Positions 1-13,039 of a stretch of 64,000 nt of DNA are shown one piece after another (the stretch's first letter is position 1; each line of letters opens with the position of its first letter). The DNA lies in contig JBODTK010000012.1 in NCBI GenBank assembly GCA_050613775.1, forward strand, positions 62,001-126,000, in the 5' to 3' direction. The position numbers were made by a program, and so were the translations under genes. This stretch comes from Neocallimastix sp. 'constans' (lineage: Eukaryota). Under the pieces are notes generated by a model, which was not told the DNA's origin, did no database searches, and saw nothing but the letters and a program-made list of their open reading frames with translations.

Positions 1-1396
1 TGCATTTCGCCAAGTTGCATTTCGCCAAGTGGAATATTGATATAAATAAATTAATAAATAAATAAATATTCAAAATAACTTTTTTTTAAAATTGCTTTTA
101 TTCAATATTAATAATATTTAATTTTATTTATTGACTTATTTATTTAATAAAAAAAAAAACATAGACTTGCACATATGGGTACCCATCTCCCATATGGCCA
201 TACAGTTATTAATTAACTGTAAGTTGATGAGTTATTGGCATACTGTATCAGCTTCGCCGCTCTCAATCGTCGTTACACACTGCCCGGAGATGCATTCCTA
301 ACGTTCCTACATATATCTCTAATGACCACGAGTATCAGAACGGAACCATTAACTCCTCCCTAGTGGGTGTAATCATTGGCGATTGGAAATTTTACAATCA
401 TCAAGGTCTATGCTTCAATTCAAAGCGTTTTTTAAAATAATTATTTCACCCAACCCTGATACTACTATCAGGGTTGGGTGAAATAATTATTTGAGGGAAA
501 GCCTTATGGACATCACGTGTGGTCTCATGATATCCCAGGATAGAAACCTCATCCGATTATTTGGTGGGGGGTGTGTCATTTCGAAAATTTTTATTACATA
601 AATTTGTATTTTGTTGTGGGGAGTGTGCATTTCGAAAATTTTTATTACATAAATTTGTATTTTGTTGTATGGCTTAAATAATTTTAATTTTAAGCCACTT
701 AATTTTATTAAAAATTTAATGAATAATAATTAATTAATTAAATAAATAAAATTACAATTCTCAAAAATTTTCAAACACGTAATCTTACGTGGGGCGTATA
801 TCTAATTGTATCATAAATTTGTGGCTTTTTTCTACATTTTTTAAAAAGCCATATATTCACAATATGGCGTGAATAATAAATGTGGTGATATTTTATGACG
901 AAAATTTATAAGCCACCAAGAATTTGGCGAAATTCAACTGGACGAAATTCAACTTTTGGCGAAATACAACACTTCAATAAATAATAATTAGGTTAGGTAT
1001 TTCTATTTAACATTGAAAAATAAAATAAAAATAAATTAACATTTTATTTTTTAATGCTTAAAAAAAAAAAAAAAAAAAAAAAAAATAAGAAATAAGAAAA
1101 CTTCTTTTTTAAACATTAAAAAATAAAATAAAAATAAATAAAAATTTATTTTTTAAGCATTAAAAAATAAAAAAAATAAAATAAAATAAAAAATAAAAAT
1201 AAAAATAAATAAATAAAATAGTAAATAAAGAAATAATAAATAATTAATAATTAAATAATTATTTAAATAATTATATAATTAATTAAAAAAATGTTTATTA
1301 TTTTAAATATTAAAAAAAAAAAAAAAAAAAAAAAAAGTTTCAAAGCATTTAAAAGTATATTTATTAAAATATTTTATTGAAAAATTTTAATTATTA

Positions 1397-2833
1397 ATGG
1401 AAGACAATATAGAAATTGAAATAAGTGAAACAAATCGAGGAAATGAACAAATTATTATTAATAAAAAACACAAATTTAATTTTTCATTTCAAAGGAAAGA
1501 TAAATCAAAAATTTATAGATGCACTGAATATAAGACTTTAAATAAATGTAAATCTTTAATTATTTTAAATGATAAAAAGGAGGTTTTAAAATATGAAAGT
1601 TTACATAACCATCTCGAAAAAGAAATTGATGTGTCTATATCGGTAGCAAAGCATAAAATTAAGGAAGAAATTAAGAAAAATTCAATTCCTATGGATATAA
1701 AACCTAAACATATATTTAATGCCGTTTTTCAAGAAATGAGACTTATATGTCCCGAATATAGTACAATTAGATCCCAAATAATAAGAAATATAAATAAACA
1801 ATTTCCTCCAAACATAAAAAGTTTTGATGATATTCCCATTGAATCAGAATATTATAAAACGAAAAGAAATGAAAATTTTATGATATTTAAAAATACTGAT
1901 CTAATAATCTTTCAATCACCATTCCAAGCATATTTATTTTCGAATTATCATAAAAATATATTTGCGGACGGTACATTTTATGCAGCACCGAAATTTAGTT
2001 ATCAGTTATTTATAACAAGAACTTATGTTGGGGAATTTAATATGTTTTACACTACTTCCATTTCTATATTAAAAAATAAAAAACAATCTACATATGAAAC
2101 ATTATTTAAAGAAATAAAAAAAAATCCAAATAAATTTAGGAGTAATACATTAATTACTACAATTAATTTTCATTGTGATTTTGAACAAGGTATATCTAAT
2201 GTCGCAAAAAAAGTTTTTCCCAATATAAATATTAAATATTGTGTTTGGCATTATAAAAGATCATTAGAAAAACAAAAAAATATATTATGTTATCATGAAG
2301 TGAAGAATAATAATGATGTATATATTTATTATAAAGCTATTTCGAACTTACCGTTTATAAACCCTAACTATATATTTGATTTTTATATTATAATAAAAAG
2401 AATTTGTCAAAAAAAAAAGTATAATAATTTTCTACAATTTTAAGAATATTTTAATAAAAATTATTTACTTAAGTATAATGTTAATAATTGGAATTATTAT
2501 GAAAATATAGAGCGTTTAACAAACAATGCATCAGAATCTTATAATAGCTACTTAAATAATATATTTCCAAATAAACCTTTATTTTATAAATTAATATATA
2601 TATTAAAAGAAGAAGAAAACTTATCTTATAATGATTATCAAAGGAGAACTAAAGGAAATTAGAAAAAAAAGCAAAAAATATTTAGTGCAACTAATGAAAT
2701 TAAAATTTTAATTGAAAATTACAAAAGTAAGGAAATAAATTTATTTTATAATGAATGCAACAGAAATGAATTAATTAAATTATGGAAAGAATGTTTAATT
2801 GATTTAAACGATATAAATATTAATTTAAAATAA
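1397..2833 (+). pseudogene. MULE transposase with two in-frame stops (TAA 2441, TAG 2660)
   Basis: N-terminal FLYWCH/WRKY-like Zn finger (YRC..C..HNH). Catalytic motifs FADGTFY, HCDFE and CVWH. The frame continues past the ORF stop to TNNASESYN (third catalytic Glu) and ends at TAA 2831-2833. Confidence 0.9.
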
Positions 2834-3059
2834 ATAATCTTAATTTAAAAAATTGCTAGAAAAATAAAAATTTATTTATTTTAAATTTATATTTATAATC
2901 GTTTAAATAATAATTAAATAATCTTAATTTAAAAAAATGCTAGAAAAAATTATTTATTTACCTATTGTGTTTATTTAATAATCTTAATAGAAATTATCTT
3001 TTAGTTATTTTTATTAAGTAATTTATAACTAAAATCGATTTATTTGATACTAGTTAAAA

Positions 3060-3192
3060 TTTTATTAATATTAATATCAATATTATATAATTATAAATTT
3101 TATTAATATCAATATCAATATTATATAATTATAAATTTTATTAATATCAATATCAATATTATATTATTATAAATTTTATTAATATCAATATA
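3060..3192. repeat. ~39-bp AT-rich tandem repeat, 3-4 copies
   Basis: Repeated AATTTTATTAATATCAATATCAATATTATATAATTATA. Confidence 0.75.
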
Positions 3193-3619
3193 CTTTTCAA
3201 AATTAATAATGTTATTAAAAATATTAAATTCAATAAAAGATTTTTATTATTTTATTAAAATTATAATTGTTATTATTATATAATAATAATAATTGATTCA
3301 TATTGATCAAACATTATAAATATTACTATGTAAATAATAAATTATTTTAATAGGATCAATTATTCAACTCTTATTGTTTTAATTTTTAATTCTTATATCA
3401 TTTAAATTAATATATATATATATATATATATCGTTTATGAAAATATGAATTATAAATAATTAAAATTATTTACTTTTCATTTAAATTTTTTTATTTACTA
3501 TAATAAAGTATAATAATTAAAAGACAAACGTTATTATAACTAAATTTTTTTTTTTAGAAAAATAAATGAAAAAAAATTAAAATATATAAGATTCTTATAT
3601 ATATAAAATAATTATTATA

Positions 3620-5100
3620 TTTTATTTTATTTTATTTTATTTTATTCAATCTGTACTTTATATTTATATTCTACTATTTATTTTATTTTATTTTATTTTA
3701 TTTTATTTTATTCAATCCGTACTTATATTTATGTTTCTACTATTTATTTTATTTTATTTTATTCAATCTATACTTATATTTATATTCTACTATTTATTTT
3801 ATTTTATTTTATTCAATCTGTACTTCATATTTATATTTCTACTATTTATTTTATTTTATTTTATTTTATTCAATCTGTACTTTCTTATTTAATATTCTAC
3901 TTTTTATTTTATTTTATTTTATTTTATTTTTTTTATTTTATTTTATTTTATTCAATCCGTACTTTCTTATTTTAATATTCTACTTTTTTTTTTATTTTAT
4001 TTTATTTTATTTTATTTTATTCAATCTGTACTTCATATTTATATTTCTACTATTTATTTTATTTTATTTTATTTTATTCAATCTGTACTTTATATTTATA
4101 TTCTATTATTTATTTTATTTTATTTTATTTTATTTTATTTTATTTTATTAAATCTGTACTTTATATTCATATTTCTACTATTTATTTTATTTTATTTTAT
4201 TTTATTTTATTTTATTTTATTTTATTCAATCTGTACTTTCTTATTTAATATTCTACTTTTTATTTTATTTTATTTTATTTTATTTTATTTTATTTAATTC
4301 AATCTGTACTTCATATTTATATTTCTACTATTTATTTTATTTTATTTTATTTTATTTTATTTTATTCAATCTGTACTTCATATTTATATTTCTACTATTT
4401 ATTTTATTTTATTTTATTTTATTTTATTTTATTCAATCTGTACTTTATATTTATATTTCTACTATTTATTTTATTTTATTTTATTTTATTTTATTCAATC
4501 TGTACTTTATATTTATATTTCTACTATTTATTTTATTTTATTTTATTTTATTCAATCTGTACTTCATATTTATATTTCTACTATTTATTTTATTTTATTT
4601 TATTTTATTTTATTCAATCTGTACTTCATATTTATATTTCTACTATTTATTTTATTTTATTTTATTTTATTTTATTTTATTTTATTCAATCTGTACTTCA
4701 TATTTATATTTCTACTATTTATTTTATTTTATTTTATTTTATTTTATTCAATCTGTACTTCATATTTATATTTCTACTATTTATTTTATTTTATTTTATT
4801 TTATTTTATTCAATCTGTACTTCATATTTATATTTCTACTATTTATTTTATTTTATTTTATTTTATTTTATTCAATCTGTACTTCATATTTATATTTCTA
4901 CTATTTATTTTATTTTATTTTATTTTATTTTATTTTATTCAATCTGTACTTCATATTTATATTTCTACTATTTATTTTATTTTATTTTATTTTATTTTAT
5001 TTTATTCAATCTGTACTTCATATTTATATTTCTACTATTTATTTTATTTTATTTTATTTTATTTCATTTTATTTTATTTTATTTTATTCAATCTGTATTT
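3620..5100. repeat. Minisatellite, ~23 units of TTCAATCTGTACTTCATATTTATATTTCTACTATTT + variable (ATTTT)n
   Basis: Directly visible; units become near-identical from about 4300 onward. Confidence 0.95.
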
Positions 5101-5658
5101 TCTGTTGATAATATAAAAAAGGTATTAATGTATAAATAATAATTAATAATATTTAAAATAAAATAAAAAAAATATAATAATTATTTTACATATGTAGTAA
5201 TTATATATATATATATATATTTTTATTTAATTTTCTAAAAAAAATTTTTTTAGTCATAATAAACGTTTGTCTTTTTTATTTTTATTATTATTTAGAAATT
5301 TATTTATTCATTTATAATTTATTTATTCATTTATTTATTTATTACATTATAATACGCCATGTTTTCCGAAATGTACTACAACAAAATACAAATTTATGTA
5401 ATAAAAATTTTCGAAATGACACACCCCCATTTATATAAACTGTTTATATAAGAGTGGCTTAAATTATATTTAAGAAATAAATATTATTTTAAAATCTATT
5501 TTAATATTTTTTAGTAAAATAATAAAAAAATGTTTAATAATATTTAGTTTTAAAGACATATTTTAATACTTTTTGATAAAATAATAATAAAATAATATTA
5601 AATAGTATTTTTTTGTTAAAATAATAATAAAATAAGATTTAATAGTATTTTTTGATAA

Positions 5659-5725
<67 letters not shown>

Positions 5726-6099
5726 TTTAATAATATTTATTTTATTTTTTTTTATTCATAGTAATTTTTTCATTTGCTTTATTTGCTTCACTTTTTTTTT
5801 TTTTTTTTTTTTAAATTTTTGGAGTTTTTTCCCATTTTTTAATGGATAAAAATAAAGTATATTTTAGTTTTTTATAATTTATTATTTATTTATTTAACAT
5901 AAATTTTTATTATTTATTTTATTTATTTTATTTTAAAGTGATAGTTTTAGATATAATTTAAATAAAATTTTCATTTATAAGCCACGTTCCGAAATACAAC
6001 ATTTTGAAATGCAAAACATTAAACTAAAGAAAAGGAAGATAAGAATACATATAATATTTTTGCAGACTTACGTGTAACGACTACAATTCAGAAAGTGAG

Positions 6100-8490
6100 G
6101 TTGAGTCGAACAACACAATAGTACATAAAAATGATCAAAGTAATTGGTGGTCAAAAGGAAGAAGACAAAATTCAGGTTTAAATTAACAAATGTTATTATA
6201 TGTCAAATAAAGGCAATAATTATAAGAATAGATCAACTAATATAATAAGTTGGACTTTGGAAGGGAGGTGCAACTTACTGAATGATAAACAACTTAGACT
6301 GCTTACTCAATATTAAAAAATGTAATACAGTTATACATTTTGCGGATAGCAATACTACAATTGCTACGCATAATGGTACGACACTACATAACGTATTAAG
6401 CATTCCTGAATTTAAGTATAAAAGAAATTTGTTATTTACAGATAATCTATCAGGAGAAGGATATAAAATTTTGGTATTGATATACAATAATGAGAGAGAA
6501 AATATTTTTTACTACGAAATCAAAATAAATCAAGAATTTAAAAAATATGGATTTTTAAAAACTATTTAAGGTTTAATAATAATAAAGCAAAAACTAAAGA
6601 TGTAATATATAGCAATATGGTTATGGAACTTTTTACTGAAAATTTTTAATTTACGATATAGGCATTTAGGATACTTCAACATTGATAATATAAGAAAAAA
6701 AATTGAAGGATATAAATATAAGACATAGTTACGATATATGTGCCTTCAAAATAAAGAACAAATCCTACTAAAAAAACTAAAAATTAAACAAATGAGTCTT
6801 TTGAATTAATACTTATTGATACTGTATTTTCATCAGATACGTCAATATATGGAACAAATATTTTCTAATACACTAGACGACTTCACGAGGTACTCATGTA
6901 TTTTTTTCATTAAAATTAAAAGTGAGGTATATAAATAAATTCAAAAAATGGTATAATAAAGTATATATATATATATATATATATAATGGAAACATAAAAT
7001 ATATACATTCTGATAATGGAGATGAGTTTACAAATAACAACTTTATAAATTTCTATGAAGAAAATGGAATTGAACAGCTGTTTTCAATTTCATATAATCC
7101 CTAACAAAAATGGAAGTATAAAAACTAATACAAGAAATATTACTATATAATGTTTCTGCTATGTTAAAAAGAGGAAAATTATATAGTAATATTTCATAAA
7201 TTTTGAGAGGACATAGTCAGAACTGAAAACCACTTACATAATCGACTCCCATATGAAACGATAATAAAATTCCATATGAAATGTTAAATAATGAAAAGGT
7301 TAGTTACCCAAGATTCAAAGTATTCAATTGTCAAACATTCTTCTATATTTAAATGAAATAAATTAAAATAAATTTTTTAATGAAGCAAGTCAAAATAGAT
7401 TTTTACCAAATATGGAATAAAATAATTTTTTACAATCAATATAAATTATCAAAAGGATGAAATTATATTTAAATAATATAAATTAAAATAATCAAAAACT
7501 AATTACTCAAAAATTTACATTATAATAATTTACAAAATCCCCTCATTTACAATTAAGAATTTCAAAAATTAAAAATTTAATTATTTAAATGGAAATTATT
7601 CATACGTAATAAAGATTTATATAATTAATATTATGAGAAAGCAAATAAAAATAATTATAATAACAGTAATAATAAAAATAATAAAAAATAAAATAGTTTA
7701 AACAATTAATATAAATAAACTAATAATAATTTGAATCAAAATTTCAAATGATAAAAATTTTGTGAATAAAAATCAAAATTTCTTCTCAATTGAAGATTAT
7801 GGAAAATGTTAATAATATAAAAAGTAATGAAATCAATAAACAATTAAATTATGATGAATATAAAGTGAAAATATTCAATAATTAAATTCTATTTTTTGTA
7901 ATAGAAAATACTAAAAATAAAAATAAAAGTGATATAAAATACTAAAGATAAGAATAAAAGTGATATAAAATAATCGTGAGTAAATTCAAAATCCATCAGA
8001 ATAATAAGCTATATAATGGAAAGTTTAAAAAATAAAACATTAATCAATAAAAAAAAAAAAACCTAAATATTAGGAAGCAAATTAATCATTCAACATTAAG
8101 GATATTCTTTATGAAAGATAAGGGAAGGAGACACACAACCTTTAAAGAGACAAAAATCATTTAATCTGAAAAACATACTAATAGTTTACCGGAACCATAC
8201 AATTATAAGAATATATCAAATAAAAGTGATAAAAAAGAGTGGTTTAGGGCATTGGAAGATTAATTAAATGATATGAAAAATTTGAAAGCTTATGAATTTA
8301 TAAAAATAGTCCTGAAGGATGTAAAATATAGTAATACTAAAATGGGTATTTATATATAAATATAACTCTGGTTATACGTTATACTATAAGTAAAAAAAAA
8401 AAGGCAAGATTAGTTACGAGAGGTTTTACCTAAACGGAAGACATTGACTATAATGAAATATATTTATGCTAAAACTAGATTATCTAATGC
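6100..8490 (+). pseudogene. Highly degenerate Ty1/copia pol relic (protease, integrase, start of RT)
   Basis: Fragments: WTLEG.. (protease-like), LDDFTRY, IKYIHSDNGDEF..ENGI..YNP (integrase), PEPYNY, KWVF, KARLVTRGF (RT), with many stops and frameshifts. Boundaries approximate; no LTRs identified. Confidence 0.8.
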
Positions 8491-9215
8491 ATTTATTATA
8501 AAAAAAAAAAAAAAAAAAAAATAAACTCATTTAATTAAAGAATTTATATTTTACTATGTTTCGGGAAAAATTCTATTACATTTACTTCCTATGAGATATG
8601 AAATCGAATTTTCATTTTCTAATATATATAAATATAAATTTCTTTTAAACAAACAAAAAACTTAGTGTTAATAATTTTAATTATTAATATTTAGTTTTTA
8701 TATTTGTTTTTATTATGTACTTTTAATTATATTTTTTAATGATTTTGTATATATCTAAATATTCTCAAATTTATATATTAATATGTTAATTTAAAAAAAA
8801 AAAAAAAAAATGATACAAATGACATTAAAATTTTTTAATAATTAATCCAATAATCAAAATTTTATTTATAATAATTTTATTATGTCATTTGTATTATTTT
8901 TTTTTTTTTTTTTAAATTTAAAATAAAATTATTATATATATAATCCAATAATCAAAATTTTATTTATAATAATTTTATTTTAAATGGTAAATATACCAAG
9001 AAAATATAATTATAAATATTAAAAACATAAAATTTAATAATTATTGTAGACAAGGAAACTCAAAAGTATAATTTTAAAATTTAACCAAAAGAATTTACTT
9101 AAAATAGTTTTATCTTTAAAAGAACTAACTAAAATTTTTTTTAATAATTATAATACTAGTAACAAAACTGATCAATTTCAGTATTTATTTCTAATTATTT
9201 CTTTATATAATTTAA

Positions 9216-10156
9216 TGTCAGAAATTATAAATTATTTAGAACTGTAAATTAATACAAATTAATTTACATATGAAATACGTGATGTATTGATAAATATACA
9301 TAATGTAAATATATAAATATTATAAGAATAAGCCACATTAATATATATAAATATATTATGATAATATATGTGAAACTGTTCTTAATTCATTATTTCTATT
9401 ATTCTTTACTCATAATTACTGATTATATACAAACTATTACTAAGAATAAATATAATAATATTGAATTCATATTAGAATTCATACATATTTGATTATAATA
9501 AATTAAATATATTAAATAAAGATCACACATTTAAACCCAATTCACAACAGATTAAGAGTCTCAATGCTTGAGCTCTGGATAGTTTCATATAATAAATAAA
9601 TAAAGATAAATATATTAAATTTCCGATGTTAAAAACAATAAATAAACCTAACGATTACTTAAGTTTAAATTTGGATGAATTTTTAACTAGAAATAATTTT
9701 AATAATTGGTATATCAAAATAGGATCAATACTTGATTCTTAAGGAATCAAAAAAAATATATTGAAAAAGATATTATCGGGGACTTATATAAGAAACCTGA
9801 ATACAAAATAAATAAAAAAAAAAAATGAAAAGGGCAATAAAGTATGACACCTACACAAAGAATATAAATTCTTAAGAAATAAATCTGAAACAATCAGTAA
9901 CGTTTCTAATAACGATATTAATAAATTCAATAATAAAATTGAAGTAAACAATTGCAAAGTTAATAATGAAAATACTTGTAATATAAAAACAAGTAAGAAC
10001 AAAATTAAAAGAAAAGGGAACTGAAGAAAATTCTCCTGATTCAGATAGCAATGTAATAATATTTGAAGATTATAATACTCAATGAAGTAAGTATGTAAAT
10101 AGAACCTGGTAAGTTAATAATGATGATAATAAAAATAATAATAATAATAATAATAA

Positions 10157-10198
<42 letters not shown>

Positions 10199-11129
10199 TA
10201 AAAATAATATTAATATATCCTTATTCTTGAACTGAGTTCAGAATAAGAGAAATTAAATTAGATGATTTCAATAATCATCAATAAAAAAAAATAATTAAAA
10301 ATAATATATATTAATATATCCTTATTCTTGAACTGAGTTCAGAATAAGAGAAATTAAATTAGATGATTTCAATAATCATCAATGAAAAACAATTAAAAGT
10401 AATATTAATATATCCTTATTCTTGAACTGAGTTCAAGATAAGAGAAAAGAAGACGTAATAAAATAAAATTAATAATAATTACCTCATTTATTCTCTAATT
10501 GAAATAATAGAAAAATGATATTAAAAGTGTTCTAATTAATTCTTGAATCAACTTCAAGATAAGAGAAATAAATATAATAAAGAATAAATTTTGAATTATT
10601 TCAAAATATAAAATACTAAAATATTATATTTACGCGTTATATGATAAGTAAATCTAATAATAAAAATATAATAAAAATAATTAATAATAATAATTATTAT
10701 TAATAAAAATAAATAATTTAATAATTTCGAAACAACTCAAAATTAAATCTCTGAATTTTGATTTGCGGGGGAGTGTCAGAAATTGTAAATTATTTAGAAC
10801 TGTAAACTAATACAAATTAATTTACATATGAAATACGTGATGTATTGATAAATATACATAATGTAAATATATAAATATTATAAGAATAAGCCACATTAAA
10901 TTATATATATAAATATATTATAATGATAATATATGTGAAACTATTCTTAATTCATTATTTCTATTATTCTTTACTCAGTAATAGTTTGTATATAATCAGT
11001 AATTATATACAAACTATTACTAAGAATAAATATAATAATATTGAATTCATATTAGAATTCATACATATTTGATTATAATAAATTAAATATATTAAATAAA
11101 AATCACACATTTAAACCCAATTCACAACA
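9216..11129 (+). mobile_element. Non-autonomous, internally deleted copia-type LTR element (TRIM-like)
   Basis: Direct repeats 9216-9549 and 10774-11129 with TG..CA ends. 5-bp TSD TTTAA (9211-9215, 11130-11134). PBS at 9549-9563, PPT GCGGGGGAG 10765-10773. Gag N-terminal remnant from 9626. Confidence 0.93.
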
Positions 11130-12302
11130 TTTAATAATATTATTATAAAAAATATCTTTTTTAAAAACATATACATGTATTAATATAATATAGTTTAATG
11201 CTGTATGGCACATTAATTATATATTTATAATTATCTTATACTAATATAATAAATTATTTATATTTTATTATTTAATTGTATTAAACTTTATTTCTAACAA
11301 AAATCTACTAAAATTATTAGAACTTTAATAATTATCTAAGGCTAGATTATTTTAGTAAATTCTTTTATATTAAAAATTATACTTTTTGAATTTTTTATGT
11401 CTATAATAATTATTTAATATTTATTTTTAATATAATAATTTAGAGAAGATAAACAATTTTAAACTGATAAATTATATATTTATTTTAATTTATTATTTAA
11501 ATTTATTATTTACTAATGAATTTTATTTATTTCCATATTAAAGTTTAATAATAAATAATATTTTTACCTTAATAATTATATCCATATAAACTTTATAACT
11601 AAAAGTAAATCTATAATGAATTTGATTAGTTTTTCAATTTGATGCTTATTATAGATTTTGTTGACCCTAAGTTTATCATAATTAAAAAATAAAATTTATG
11701 ATTGTTTTTTTTTTAATAAAACCTTATTTGTTTTTTCAAAACTAAAATAATAACAATATATATTAGTTTGTAGTTTTATTTAAATAAGCTTTTAATTTGT
11801 AAAAGTAATAAAATGTACTAATAATATAAAAAAAAAAAAAAAAAGTGAAATGAAGAAATGATATATATTTGTAATACTTTAATTGTTTTTAGAAATGTGA
11901 AATGCTTGAAATACTTTGTTTACTATTATTTATTTAGATTTATTTAGATTTATTATAATTAACGAAATTTAGACTACTTAATTTAAAAGATTTCAACGAT
12001 TAATTGAAACTAAAATTGTCCTACATAATTTATATTATTATATTTTGTATATTATAAACATATTGATCAACTTTTTTATCATTTATTTTATTTTATTAAT
12101 AATATGCATTAACATTTCTATTCTTAACATTGCTGCAAATTTGTATTTCAGTAATACTCCAAATTATGATTTTACTAAGTTATAATTAACATTTATATTA
12201 TGAACATATTAAATTTTATTTTTAACAGTTTTTAAATTCTAATTAAAATTTTAATATTTTTATTTTGAATTATTTTTATTTAAAGTTCTAATCTAAGTAC
12301 AA

Positions 12303-12338
<36 letters not shown>

Positions 12339-12849
12339 TTATTTATATTTTATTTTTAGAATATGAATCTTAGTACAAATATAAATATATTTTCTTATAT
12401 GATAATATCTTTATTTTTATAATGTATCATTTCTTGTATCAAAGTTTGATGTAATGTTATAATAATATTAAAAGTACAATTTTTTTTTTTTTTTTTTATT
12501 ACTAATTTTGTCTCCTAAAAAAATAAATATCTTTTTGAAATAAATTATATTATGTTATTTTATTTTTTTTATTATTATTTTAATTTATATTAGATTTGAT
12601 TTATATATTTTGATTTAATTTAATGATAAAATGTTCTTGTCAAATTATATTCAAGATAAAAAAGCATAATTAAACTTTTAAATTTAATAATAATTTCGAA
12701 AGGGAATATTTAAAAAGAAACTTTAACTTTGAACTAATTATATTTAAATTATTTTTTATTATATATTTTTAGTATATCTTTTATATTTATTTTATTGTAA
12801 ACTATTTTTTTTTTTTTTTTTTTTTATTGGTATTTTTATTTTATTTATA

Positions 12850-12880
<31 letters not shown>

Positions 12881-13039
12881 TTTTTCTTATTTTATGTTTA
12901 TTTTTTATTTTTATTTTTTATTTTTTATAATTTTTATAAATTCTTTTTTATTTTTGTAGTATTAAATTATAATTTAAATTATAATTTTTAAATACATATT
13001 TCATTTTTTTTTTATTTAAAATTAAAATCATTAATAGCA

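Larger units (their letters stand above)
567..5428 (+). mobile_element. Mutator-like (MULE) DNA transposon with ~51-bp TIRs
   Basis: 567-617 GGGGGTGTGTCATTTCGAAAATTTTTATTACATAAATTTGTATTTTGTTGT is the reverse complement of 5378-5428. The pair encloses a MULE transposase. No matching target-site duplication seen. Confidence 0.88.

Noticed and set aside
272..290. SSU rRNA-like motif TACACACTGCCCG
   Set aside because: Similarity is limited to ~13 nt; the flanks do not resemble rRNA.
3620..5100. CRISPR-like array (constant ~36-nt repeat with spacers)
   Set aside because: The spacers are just (ATTTT)n, not unique sequence. There are no cas genes and the context is eukaryotic.
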